DNA of 64,000 bases. Origin: Eledone cirrhosa. Lineage: Eukaryota. A program made the position numbers and the translations under genes. This document shows, piece by piece, positions 16,360-28,892 of this stretch (positions are counted from its first letter, which is position 1; every line of letters begins with the position of its first letter). Under the pieces are notes generated by a model. It ran no database searches, was not told where the DNA came from, and was given only the letters and a program-made list of their open reading frames with translations. The stretch spans positions 137,144,001 to 137,208,000 of the forward strand of contig OZ024741.1 in assembly GCA_964016885.1 (NCBI GenBank), read 5' to 3'.

Positions 16360-17401
16360 TATTCATTAGTTAAGCAAAACAAGACCACAAATTTTACAAG
16401 GAAGACCTTATTAAAAGATTGTCAACATATTTTAGTTTGATGTAAGGAATGTAGAGAATAATAATAATAATATTAATAATAATTGTTTCTACTTTAGGCA
16501 CAAGGCCAGCAATTACCCAGTGCATTACTGGTGCTTTATTTTATCGACCCCGTAAGGATGAAAGGCAAAGTCAACCTCGGCGGGATTTGAACTCAGATCG
16601 TAAAGGGACGTAACTATGTTGGAAAGCATGGCGTCCGACCCTCTACCGATACTGCCAATCCACAATAATGTCCGTTTACAATGTTTCGCTACTCCATATA
16701 ATATTTCTGGATCAGATGACTATATATCATAATTGATCTGGTTCAGTTGAAAATAACTAACATATTAAAAAAACAGAGCTGCTCATCGGAACTTCAAAGG
16801 AATATAAATTAAAATAATGAGAGAATGTTACATAATATAATGTTCCATATATTGGTTTTTTACTATGGTATCTTGGTTGCATCAGTTGTTAGCCATAAGC
16901 AAGCAGTATTCATCTGTCGAGGCTGCATTGTGTGAGATCTACCTATGGGTAACAAGATGGCTGCCAAAGGACATATTTACCTTACTAATTAAAGGGTGGT
17001 TTCAGGGGAAGTAACTCCTTGAGAGATTAGAAATTGTGGGTGTTTATAGTTAAGTGCTAATTTTTAAATTTTTAATTGAGTGACAATGTAGGGGAGGTAA
17101 CTTATAATTAAGTTGTTCATAGCAATTTAACTTATTAGCTACAAGTAAAAATGGGGCTAGATGACTAAGTTGGGTCAAATATTCTATTGGCGAAGGAATT
17201 AGCCCTTCGATGTTGACAGCTAATAGTTACCTCCGAAATATTATATGGAGTAGCGAAACAATTGTAAACGGACATTATTATTATTAATATTATTATTATT
17301 ATTCTCTACATTCCTTACATCAAACTAAAATATGTTGACAATCTTTTAATAATGTCTTCCTTGTGAAATTTGTGGTCTTGTTTTGCTTAACTAATGAATA
17401 T
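16360..17401. mobile_element. Inverted-repeat element with a SINE inserted in the left arm
   Basis: 16360-16483 plus 16664-16707 is the reverse complement of about 17235-17401. The SINE at 16484-16662 (-) is nearly identical to 10036-10222. Confidence 0.8.
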
Positions 17402-17576
17402 TTCCAGCTCTGCGCACCTAACTTCTGCATGAACCCAGCCACCTAGCTGCTTTCTACTGCATATTGCACATTGAGCACATGCCTTTACGCTTTGGCTTCT
17501 AACTAATTCACCAATCTCTCCTCTCATATCTCCTCTCCTATCTCCATCTCTCTCTATAAGATTGGTTACTCTTGAA

Positions 17577-17640
<64 letters not shown>

Positions 17641-17643
<3 letters not shown>

Positions 17644-18720
17644 GATAAAAAGGTAGGGAGCCAATGTATCTCACTGGAGCACTCCAGCCAGTATCTCAAA
17701 GAACTCTGTCATCCCATCAGGTGTAATGACTTGGGCTTTGGTGTTGGTGTAGAGCAGTGATATCAGGTCCACTATCCTCTTGGGGATTCCATAAGCCTGT
17801 AAGATCTTCATCAGGCAGTAACGGTCCACAGAATCAAAGGCCTTTTTATCATCAGACTATTGTATGCGCCTTGCACTGGAGAAACACCAGGACTCTGGCT
17901 TTACTGTAGCACCGGCTCAGAGCAGGAGAGTTAGGGCGAAAAAGGTATCGGATGCTGAATTTGCCGACGACATAGTTTTGGTGACAAATACAGTGAAGGA
18001 GGCAGAGGACTTGATGCGGGAGGTTGAGACTGTGTCGATGAGTGTGGGGCTGAGAATGAATGAGACTAAAACAAAATATCTGGTAGAGAATGTTGAGAAT
18101 CCAGAGGGGATCACTAATGTAGGCGGGAAGCCGCTGGAATTGGTTGAGGGCTTCCTGTATTTGGGAGCAAAGATTGGGAATACGGAAGATGATGTGGTTG
18201 AGAGGAAGAGCAAGGCCTGGGCGGCGTGCCACAGCTTGAGATCGGTGTGGAAGTCGGACCTTCGTAGAGACCTGAAAATCCGCCTCTTCATTGCTGTAGT
18301 GGAGTCTGTGCTGCTGTATGGGTCTGAGACTTGGACACTGACCAAGAAACTCACTCAGATGGTGGATGGGTGCTACACGAGAATGTTGAGGATGGCTCTG
18401 AACATTAATCAGTATACACTGAGGATGAAAAACTCAGAGCTGTATGGGAGCATCCCAAAAGTCATCTCAAAAGTGACACAGAGGAGACTAAGGTTAGCTG
18501 GACATGCTCACCGACATCCAGAGTTGACATTGCACTCAGTGCTCCTTTGGGAGCCCCTACATGGACACACTAGAAGAGGAAGACCAAGGTTAACGTATGT
18601 TGATGCCCTAAGGACAGACACTGGTCTGTTGGAGACGCAGGACATGGCAGCGATAATGAGGGACAGAGACCGCTAGAGAGAACTCGTCCATGGATCTCGG
18701 GAATTTTACCCGCCTTAGAA
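17641..18720 (+). mobile_element. 5'-truncated, 5'-inverted RTE/RTE-X-type LINE (reverse transcriptase)
   Basis: 17855-18676 (+) reads DYCMR...EFADDIVL...FLYLG...VESVLLYGSETWTLTK...RLRLAGH...RGRP. 17850-17641 (-) reads KKAFDSVDR...YGIP...GVLQ*DTLAPYLFIL, the immediately upstream RT segment. Confidence 0.9.
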
Positions 18721-19487
18721 ATATATTAAGAGTATATATGGGTTAGTGTGTGTGTGTGTGTGTGTGTACAAGCACCCATGTAGGGAAAGGGCTTATTTGT
18801 GTGTATATATATATGCATGTTTGCGAGCGAGAGATCTGTGCGTGTATATATGGGTACATGTGTGTATGTGTGTGTGCGTGGGTGGAGGGGGGGGGGGATC
18901 TACGTACATGTCTGTACGTGTTTGTGTGTACGTGTATACATACGCGTATGCATGTGTGTGTGCGTGTTGATGTATATGGGCCTATGGGCATATGTCTATG
19001 TATGTACGTGCCTCTCTGGATGAATGTATGCGTATGTTTATATATTTATATGTTCTCCTTAATGTGTGGGTATAGCGGGAGTCTATGCGTACGACTGTCG
19101 GTATCTATGTGGTTGTGTGTGTGTGTGTGTGCATGTGTGTGTGAGTGCGCGCGTGGGTGTGTGGACCACCAAACACAGCAGTAATTCATTGAAGTGTGGC
19201 AATCATGGGACAGCGGAATGATACCTGTGGTCAGAATTTATGATGACGTAGACAACCAGCGGCCAATCACTGGACGCGCGAAGAGGATGAAGTTTTTGAC
19301 AGTACTGGCCCATAAGGTCAGATACTCCAATGAGAGAATATACTCCGAAATCATTAGACGTGTCCGTCGAACTTGCGGGTCCAGAATCAGACAGATCCAC
19401 ACAATGATCGCGTCTCGAGCTGTCCGCCGGCGAAACAATTGTAACACACAATAAATTGAGTTCTGATGCATCACTGATTTTTCGTTT

Positions 19488-19527
<40 letters not shown>

Positions 19528-19528
<1 letters not shown>

Positions 19529-19698
19529 ACGAAGGAAATGTGGTAAGGAACCAGGTGGACCATAACGCACCAAAGTACTCAATACTTAGGGTAGTAGAGT
19601 GGGTAATAGGAACGAGTAGGACCCGACGGCTGAGCTCAAGCCGTTTCAGAATTAGCCGCCGAAACGGCTTGAGCTCAGCCGTCGGGGTCCTACTCGTT

Positions 19699-19702
<4 letters not shown>
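19528..19702. mobile_element. Short GC-rich fold-back element between (TA)n tracts
   Basis: taggaacgagtaggacccgacggctgagctcaagccgtttc (19607-19647) pairs with 19661-19702; unpaired tail at 19528-19606. Confidence 0.8.
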
Positions 19703-19758
<56 letters not shown>

Positions 19759-19776
19759 AAATATATATGTATGTAT

Positions 19777-19899
<123 letters not shown>

Positions 19900-20228
19900 A
19901 ATATATATTATATAGTGGAGACAGTAAACAAAAAACAAAAAAATTAGTTGCACGCTTTGTCTGTGTGTGTGTGTGTGTCCTTTTTACGCTCTATTTGCCA
20001 TATATAAGGTAGCTGATGATCTGCACTGCTGTTTATTGTTTATATTTTCGCCGATGTGATAAATGAATCTCTTCTAACACCCCTGTAGACACATATCAGG
20101 GTCTTAATACCATGTCAATTAATTGTAATAACTTAGTTCATTGTTTATATGTATAACACAACTCTTCCCTGTATAGAAACAATTGTTGAGATTAAATATG
20201 GATTTAATTCAACAACCTTGGTTCATTC

Positions 20229-20306
<78 letters not shown>

Positions 20307-20520
20307 GGCTTCTACAGCACTAGAACTGTTTCATTTGGGAGAAATTATCAATAACCACTATATTCTGAAACAGTCTTCGATAAAGGTTGCGCTAACTCTG
20401 AACTAGAGAACATATATTGGTTATTGAGAATAGCGATTTCAAGACAAGAAAACTCATACACGGCAATGAAACATATGTAAATGGTAGAAATAAATCCTTT
20501 TGCATTGCTTATCTGTGTAG

Positions 20521-20551
<31 letters not shown>

Positions 20552-20554
<3 letters not shown>

Positions 20555-21132
20555 GTAAACGGAATAGAAAATGCTGACAAATTGTTCACAGTTGAAAAAT
20601 GGTTTAATTAGGAATAAAAGAGTATTAGTGATTGTATGGGTTAGTATTCAGTTGTGGTTTTAAGTTTTTAAGTTTTTACCGGTTGCGCATTTCTAAATGC
20701 TTTTCAAAAATAATTTTGAGATAGAGTGTCCGTGCTGTTTGCTCTGATCTGATTAGTTTTGGGAATTCTACCTAACTTTTTACATTCGCATGACCTCTAC
20801 CGACCAATCAAAATTGTTTTGACCACAAGCTGCAACACAAAAATAACGCTGGAGCCACTTTTTTAACATAAAAACAGGTAGAATTCCCCAAACTAATCAG
20901 ATCAGAGCAAACAGCACGGACACTCTATCTCAAAATTATTTTTGAAAAGCATTTAGAAATGCGCAACCGGTAAAAGCTTAAAAACTTAAAACCACAACTG
21001 AATACTAACCCATACAATCACTAATACTCTTTTATTCCTAATTAAACCATTTTTCAACTGTGAACAATTTGTCAGCATTTTCTATTCCGTTTACCAATAT
21101 ATAATAACTTGTGTGTTACACCTCTATTCTTT

Positions 21133-21136
<4 letters not shown>
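20552..21136. mobile_element. Fold-back element, family A (arms about 220 bp, spacer about 100 bp, about 36-nt tail)
   Basis: 20552-20773 is the reverse complement of 20876-21098. Tail ataacttgtgtgttacacctctattcttttaac; (TA)n on both sides; same family as 25034-25466 and 5237-5332. Confidence 0.9.
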
Positions 21137-21218
<82 letters not shown>

Positions 21219-21299
21219 CGTATATAATATTGAATGAACCAAGGTTGTTAAATATATATATATGCGTATATAATACTGAATGAACCAAGGTTGTTAAAC

Positions 21300-21390
<91 letters not shown>

Positions 21391-21851
21391 CACATGCAAA
21401 TAAGCAAATACAGCTATCAAATACTTAAGTCTAAACATACATGCATGCGTATAATATACTCTTAGACAGGAAAAAAAGAAAAAGAAGGAAAAGAAAATGA
21501 GAGAATAATACTGTACCGGAATATGTTTAGAGAGAGTCAAATTATATAAACAGTCTGGATGAAGTGTTTCAAGTATAACGAATTTCGAATATGTAATAAT
21601 AATAATAATAGTAATAACAATAACAATAACAATTATAATAATAATAATAATAATGATAATAATTGTATTGTAAAACATATTTGTAGCTGCAACAAAACTG
21701 TTCAATAAATTTGTAGTGTTAGTGTTTAATATAATTCGTGATTGATATATTGGGGATGAATTTGGTTCAAGTAGCGCTTAAGGTTTGCAAATTTGAAGAA
21801 GAAATAGGTGAAAAATATGTGTGTATTTAGTTTGTATTGTGTGTGTTTTAG

Positions 21852-22232
21852 TCATTGCATTAAATAAAACGCCCAGTAGGATGCATTGAAAATTATAAAC
21901 AATAACGGAAACATAAGTCTGGCGTATTTGTCAATGGTGTTTACATCTTGCACTCTGGGAATTTTTGCTTTGATATTTTTCGCCTTCTGACGGAAGTGAG
22001 TGAAAAGCTTCCGGCGTCTAGGTAAGGCACCGGAAGCTGACTTGCGACGTATTAAGTTGTTGCCAATGTAACTTCGACTAACTGCAGCTCTCGGCATTGA
22101 CGAACCCAGGTGTATATTTGGAGATGTATTAGAATTTTCTTCGACATCTATGTTGAAGTTTTGCGTGTTCCGGATGCCCAAGATAGGAGACAGTCGCAGG
22201 TCTCGTAGCTCGATATTGTCAGAAACATCATT
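21852..22232 (-). CDS. LCCH3: GABA-A receptor beta-like (LCCH3-type) subunit, last coding exon (intracellular loop, TM4, stop)
   Basis: After acceptor ...aatttcag (AG at 22234-22233) the frame reads NDVSDNIELRDLRLSPILGIRN...KIPRVQDVNTIDKYARLMFPLLFIIFNASYWAFYLMQ-TGA. Phase 0 matches the donor at 35817. The IELxDxRxSP loop motif and IDKYAR..FP TM4 are typical of LCCH3. Confidence 0.93.
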   Translation of the reverse strand, partial: NDVSDNIELRDLRLSPILGIRNTQNFNIDVEENSNTSPNIHLGSSMPRAAVSRSYIGNNLIRRKSASGALPRRRKLFTHFRQKAKNIKAKIPRVQDVNTIDKYARLMFPLLFIIFNASYWAFYLMQ

Positions 22233-23528
22233 CTGAAATTAGAAAGTAGAAAAAAACGTTCGTTAAATAACATAAAAAAAAGATCTTAGCACAGGCTTAT
22301 GTGATTAAAACCACCACCTCCATCACCACCACCACCGCCACCACCACCAACAACAACAACAACAACCAGGTTTTGAAATTAATGGAGGCGGCGGAGGTGG
22401 CACTGCTAGTTTTATATTCCACTTCCTCCCAAATAATGGTTTTTGGGGAGGGAAGTTACTGGTACTTTATTTTATTTTATCGACACCATAAGGATGAAAG
22501 GCAAAGCTAACCTCGTCGGTATTTGAACTCAGATCGTAAAGGGCCGAAACTATAATCTACAAAGCATTTTGTTCGACGCTCTACCGATCCTGCTAATCCA
22601 TATCTACCTCCCAAATTATATTTTAAAAAATCTCTCCCATTTTAAGGAAGTGTATATATGTATGGACCCACAACTCCTGGTGGAATCGCAGGAGCGCCAT
22701 AGTGACATACAGTATGTCTTGAGCATTTTTGAAAGTCAACTTCTGAACAAAACCAACAATGAAATCAATTAGTTTTGTCTTCTGATTTAACTAGTCATGT
22801 CTCACAAAGACCAATATATCACTTATGTCTAGCCACTCTTACTACAACTACTATAGGTATTACGAGAGTATGTCAGGAGTGGAGAGCAGTTATGTACACG
22901 TAGGCACGTGTGTATGTTTAAGTGTAAACATATATTGAAGGTGCGTGGATTAGTGGTTAGAGGTTTCGGCTCACGTTAGATGGCACGGTGTCCTTGAGCA
23001 AGACACTTTATGTTGTTCTAGTTCACTCAGTTCGCAAAAATAATTGCAGATATAGTTGAAAGGGCCAGTTTTCTCACACACTGTGTTACATTAAATATTC
23101 TTGAGAATTATATTAAAGGTACACGTGACTGTAAATGCCCCGCTATTTGCAGGTTAATTTAATATCAATTTTAGTGGTTTCAGAAGGCCTAAGAAGACTA
23201 TGGGCAAAACTATTTCTTCAGACCAAGTAAAGTAAATAACAAACAAAACACAAACAAAAACAAAACATACGTACAACAACAGAACAACGAAAATGCAGCT
23301 CATTGATCGTAAGTTCAATTTTCCTGCAGACATTTCATTGAAAAGAATTTAATCTTATTTGTATCTACTTAAAGGAGGAAAAGGATCAAACTTTTCTGGT
23401 AAAGTTACTTCACGTGAACTAGCGTCCTCTCCAGGGTATATTTTTGCATTAATTTTCGATAATCTCTTATATAATACCCAACGTATGTTGGTTCGCCGGC
23501 CCGATGTCACGCTTGACAACATATATAT

Positions 23529-23590
<62 letters not shown>

Positions 23591-23595
23591 TAGAG

Positions 23596-23648
<53 letters not shown>

Positions 23649-23674
23649 GAGAGATAGATAGATAGGGAGAGAGA

Positions 23675-23760
<86 letters not shown>

Positions 23761-24795
23761 TGATGTGCCTGCACGAACACGAAAAGACAGGCGCACAAAT
23801 CATTGTCGACTGCTGAGACATTTTTTCCACCCTTTGTTCTTTTCATGAACGGAGTGAACATACATGAAAATATATATTCCTTTCTGAATTTCTATCCTTT
23901 CCTTTTACTGAAATTGCCGTTTTCTTAAATACTACATTTCATCGTTTTTGAGCGGGAGCAATATAATGATTCACTTTAGCCAAATGCAATCGTAACGAAT
24001 TCATATATTCATTTTAATATTTTTGTTCATATATTCATTTTTATTTATTTCAATACTGATTTATATATTTTTATATTTTGATTATTTTCCTTCTGTTGAC
24101 AACAGTGTTAAACGTACACATCCAACCTTATTTGTCGTATGACGGGTAGCAGTCTAGTATAAAATTAATTTGTAAAAAAAATGCAGAAAAAATCTGGAAA
24201 AAAAATGTATAATTTAAAAGAGATTATCTGGATTATATGAATACAGCATAGGCTATGGATATGAAAGGGAAGTAGGAATGCGATTGAAAAACGTAAAGAC
24301 TGCAATTCTTGCTTGAGATTCAGGTGTACATTCTAATTATGTAGTGTGATATACCACTGCGATAGGAAATAATTAACTACAACAAAACATTAGGCTGTGG
24401 AGAATTGAATCCTGTGAAATGTCTGTCACAGATGCTCTATCTGAATACCACTGTGGCTGTCTAAGATAATTCATTAAAGACTGAGTGGAAACTGCAGACA
24501 ATAAAAATTTGAATAATAAAATATAGGATAAATTGTAGTGTATATAGCCACTCTTGTAAAGATTTACGAAGGAAATATATTCCAGTCAAGTCACGAGTGA
24601 AATTTTCGAGAAAAAGTTTCGTAACAGAATTATGGTGGTTCTGAATTGAAGATTTCAGTCAAAATCGATACAAATTACATAACATTTTCAGTGACACAGG
24701 GAGCTGAAACACTCTGCTTGCCTGCATATTGCCTGCCTACCTGTTTGTTTGTCTCTCTCTCTATATATAGAAACATGTATATATATATATATATA

Positions 24796-24970
24796 AAATT
24801 AGAAAATAGAATAGCTTTCACCGTATTTTTGACTAAAGGAATTTTAGCCTCCATTTATCTGAGGGTTCTAAACCCCACTATCAGGCTAAAATTCCTTTAG
24901 TCAAAAATACGGTGAAAGCTATTCTATTTTTTAATTTCAAACCTGCTCACTGTTTCAAAACATACTTACT

Positions 24971-24973
<3 letters not shown>
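24796..24973. mobile_element. Short fold-back element between (TA)n tracts
   Basis: 24796-24850 pairs with 24883-24938; tail at 24939-24973. Confidence 0.75.
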
Positions 24974-25734
<761 letters not shown>

Positions 25735-25799
25735 TATTAAAATATTTATTAAAATAGATTTTAGTCTTCAAATTTATTATTATTACTATATATATAGTA

Positions 25800-25988
25800 C
25801 AGGCGGTGGAGTGGCAGTATCGGTAGAGGGTCGGACGCCATGCTTTCCAGCATAGTTACGTCCCTTTACGATCTGAGTTCAAATCTCGCCGAGGTTGACT
25901 TTGCCTTTCATCCTTACGGGGTCGATAAAATAAAGTACCAGTAATGCACTGGGTAATTTGCTGGCCTTGTGCCTAAAGTAGAAACAAT
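25800..25988 (+). mobile_element. tRNA-derived SINE (same young family as 10036-10222)
   Basis: ggcggtggagtggcagtatcggtagag...ctgagttcaaatctcgccgaggttgactttgcctttcatccttacggggtcgataaaataaagtaccag...agtagaaacaatta. Confidence 0.9.
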
Positions 25989-26024
<36 letters not shown>

Positions 26025-26079
26025 TCCTGTAGAATTTATATATATATACATATATATATACATACATACAAACACACAC

Positions 26080-26109
<30 letters not shown>

Positions 26110-26110
<1 letters not shown>

Positions 26111-26553
26111 TTAATGAAAAATAACAAAGGAGCTATTATGACATTATAACATGTTTATTGCCGACAGCCGTTTCGTCCGACCATATGGTGGGACTTTTCA
26201 AGGCATATAACATGTGATTGTAAGTTCATTATTTACATCAACGTTTCACTCAAGATTAGCAGTTTGAAATCGTGGTATATACCACAATTGCAAACTGCTA
26301 ATCTTGAGTGAAACGTTGATGTAAATAATGAACTTACAATCACATGTTATATGCCTTGAAAAGTCCCACCATATGGTCGGACGAAACGGCTGTCGGCAAT
26401 AAACTTGTTATAATGTCATAATAATTCCTTTGTTCTTTTTCATTAATATTTCTGCTCTGCTTATACGCATAGAGCTTAACTAGCTACCGTCGCATATTTG
26501 GTAGGTCAGGCGTGATCATCGCGATTCACGTACGACCTACCATACATCTTGCT
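26110..26553. mobile_element. Spacer-less fold-back element with structured tail
   Basis: Palindrome 26110-26448 centred on gtggtatataccac (26272-26285). The tail at 26449-26553 contains the hairpin ggtaggtc..cgtgatc/gattcacg..gacctacc. Confidence 0.9.
26352..26398 (+). ncRNA. Hammerhead ribozyme motif, U3-A8 core variant
   Basis: tgcc-TTGAAAA-gtcc-caccatatggtc-ggac-GAAA-cggct-GTC-ggca; all three stems pair and the triplet is GUC. Mirror copy at about 26159-26205 (-). Confidence 0.75.
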
Positions 26554-27014
26554 TATATATATATATATATATATGTATATGTGTGTGTGTTTGTATGTAT
26601 ATGTATATGTATGTGTTTGTATATAAATTCTACAGGACTAGAACTATTTCATTCGTATGAAATCATTAAAAATGTCCAGTGATGATGGTTGTAAAGGGCC
26701 AGGTTGGGTGCTTAAAAATATGTGGCTTCCCGATAGGTGTCGGGAGTAACCACAGTTAAAGAAGGTACTGAATTCCTGATGATTTGGAGGGTGGGGCAAG
26801 TCAATTAAATTGACCCCAGTGAAATTCTGGTGCTTTATTTTATCGACCCCATAAGGATGAAAGGCAAAGTTGCCCTCTGTGGTATTTGAACTCAGAACGT
26901 AAAGAGCCGCTACTATACGTTACAAAGCAGGCCGTCCGACTCTCTACCGATACAACCAATCTACCACCCCAAAAGAGTTAAATAATAAAAGAGAAACTCC
27001 AATAACTAGAATAT

Positions 27015-28367
27015 CAGAGAGTCACTTATCTATAGGAATGTGATGGAGTGAGTCCCTCAATGTAACGGAGTGTGTTACTTATCTATAGAAACGAGTCACT
27101 CAATGTGATGGAGTGAGTCACTCAATGTGATAGAGTAAGTCCCTCAATGTAACGGAGTGAGTTACTTATCTATAGTAATGAGTCACTCAATGTGATGGAG
27201 TGAGTCCCTCAATGTAACGGAGTGTGTTACTTATCTATAGAAATGAGTCACTCAATGTGATGGTGTGAGTCACTCAATGTAATGAAGTAATCACTCAATG
27301 TAATGGAGTGGGTCACTCAATGTAATGGCGTGAGTCACTTAATGTGATGGAGTGAGTCACTCAATATGATGGAGTGGGTCACTCAATGTAATGGAGTGGG
27401 TCACTCAATGTAATGGAGTGAGTCACTCAATGTAATGGCGTGAGTTACTTAATGTTTGGAGTGAGTCACTCAACGTGATACAGTAAGTCCCTCAATGTAA
27501 CGGAGTGAGTTACTTATCTATAGTAATGAGTCACTCAATGTGATGGCGTGAGTCACTCAATATGATGGAGTGAGTCCCTCAATGTACGGAGTGTGTTACT
27601 TATCTATAGAAATGAGTCACTCAATGTGATGGTGTGAGTCACTCAATGTAATGAAGTAATCACTCAATATAATGGAGTGGGTCACTCAATGTAATGGCGT
27701 GAGTCACTCAATGTGATGGAGTGAGTCACTCAATATGATGGAGTGGGTCACTCAATGTAATGGAGTGGGTCACTCAATGTGATGGAGTGAGTCCCTCAAT
27801 ATGATGGAGTGAGTAATTCAATGTAATGGAGTGAGTTACTCAATATGATGGAGTGAGTCATTCAATGTGATGGAGTGAGTCATTCAATGTGATGGAGTGT
27901 GTCACTCAATATGATGGAATGGGTCACACAATGTAATGGAGTGGGTCATTCAATGTAATGGAGTGGGTCATTCAATGTAATGGAGTGAGTCACTCAATGT
28001 AATGGCGTGAGTCACTTAATTTTTGGAGTGAGTCACTCAATGTGATAGAGTAAGTCCCTCAATGTAACGGAGTGTGTTACTTATCTATAGAAATGAGTCA
28101 CTCAATGTGATGGTGTGATTCACTCAATGTAATGAAGTAATCACTCAATGTAATGGAGTGGGTCACTCAATGTAATGGCGTGAATCACTCAATGTGATGG
28201 AGTGAATCACTCAATGTGATGGAGTAAGTCCCTCAATGTAATGTAGTGGGTCACTCAATGTGATGGAGTGAGTCCCTCAATATGATGGAGTGAGTCACTC
28301 AATGTAATGGAGTGAGTTACTCAATATGATGGAGTAAGTCGCTCAATGTAATGGAGTGAGTCACTCA
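27015..28367. repeat. 22-bp minisatellite with higher-order structure
   Basis: Unit cactcaatgt(a/g)atggagtgagt. The variant block gttacttatctatagaaatgagtcactcaatgtgatggtgtga recurs at about 27226, 27596 and 28076. Confidence 0.95.
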
Positions 28368-28812
28368 TCTGCCAATGAAAAGATACTTATGCTGATTTCA
28401 AAGCGTTTAAAGTGCAACAATTGAAAGCACTCACTGTTGATTGTTCTGTCATTATTGATATCTATTGAAAGACAGTGTGTTTCTCAGAAGACTTCTTTAA
28501 GTAAAAGTCAGAAGTCAAACACCATTCATCATATGTCGTTCTCACACAACATCTTTCTACTCTAGTCCTTTGCAAGCTGTCAATATGTTACCGACTTCAT
28601 TACAAAAGCCTTTCTCCTCTAATTTGGCTTCAATTGTTACACCCACTCAACATTCTAGCCCCTTCACACTCAAACACGCACACACACAAACACACACGCA
28701 AATACACATACATACACTGACATACACTGACATACACACACAATCTCTGTCTCTTTCTCCACCCACTCGCTCTCTCTTTCTCTTACATATATATATATCT
28801 TTCTTTCTCTCC

Positions 28813-28888
<76 letters not shown>

Positions 28889-28892
<4 letters not shown>

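Noticed and set aside
27015-28367. Possible CRISPR array (regular short semi-palindromic repeats)
   Set aside because: Units are contiguous with no unique spacers, there are no cas genes, and the context is a eukaryotic intron; it is a minisatellite.
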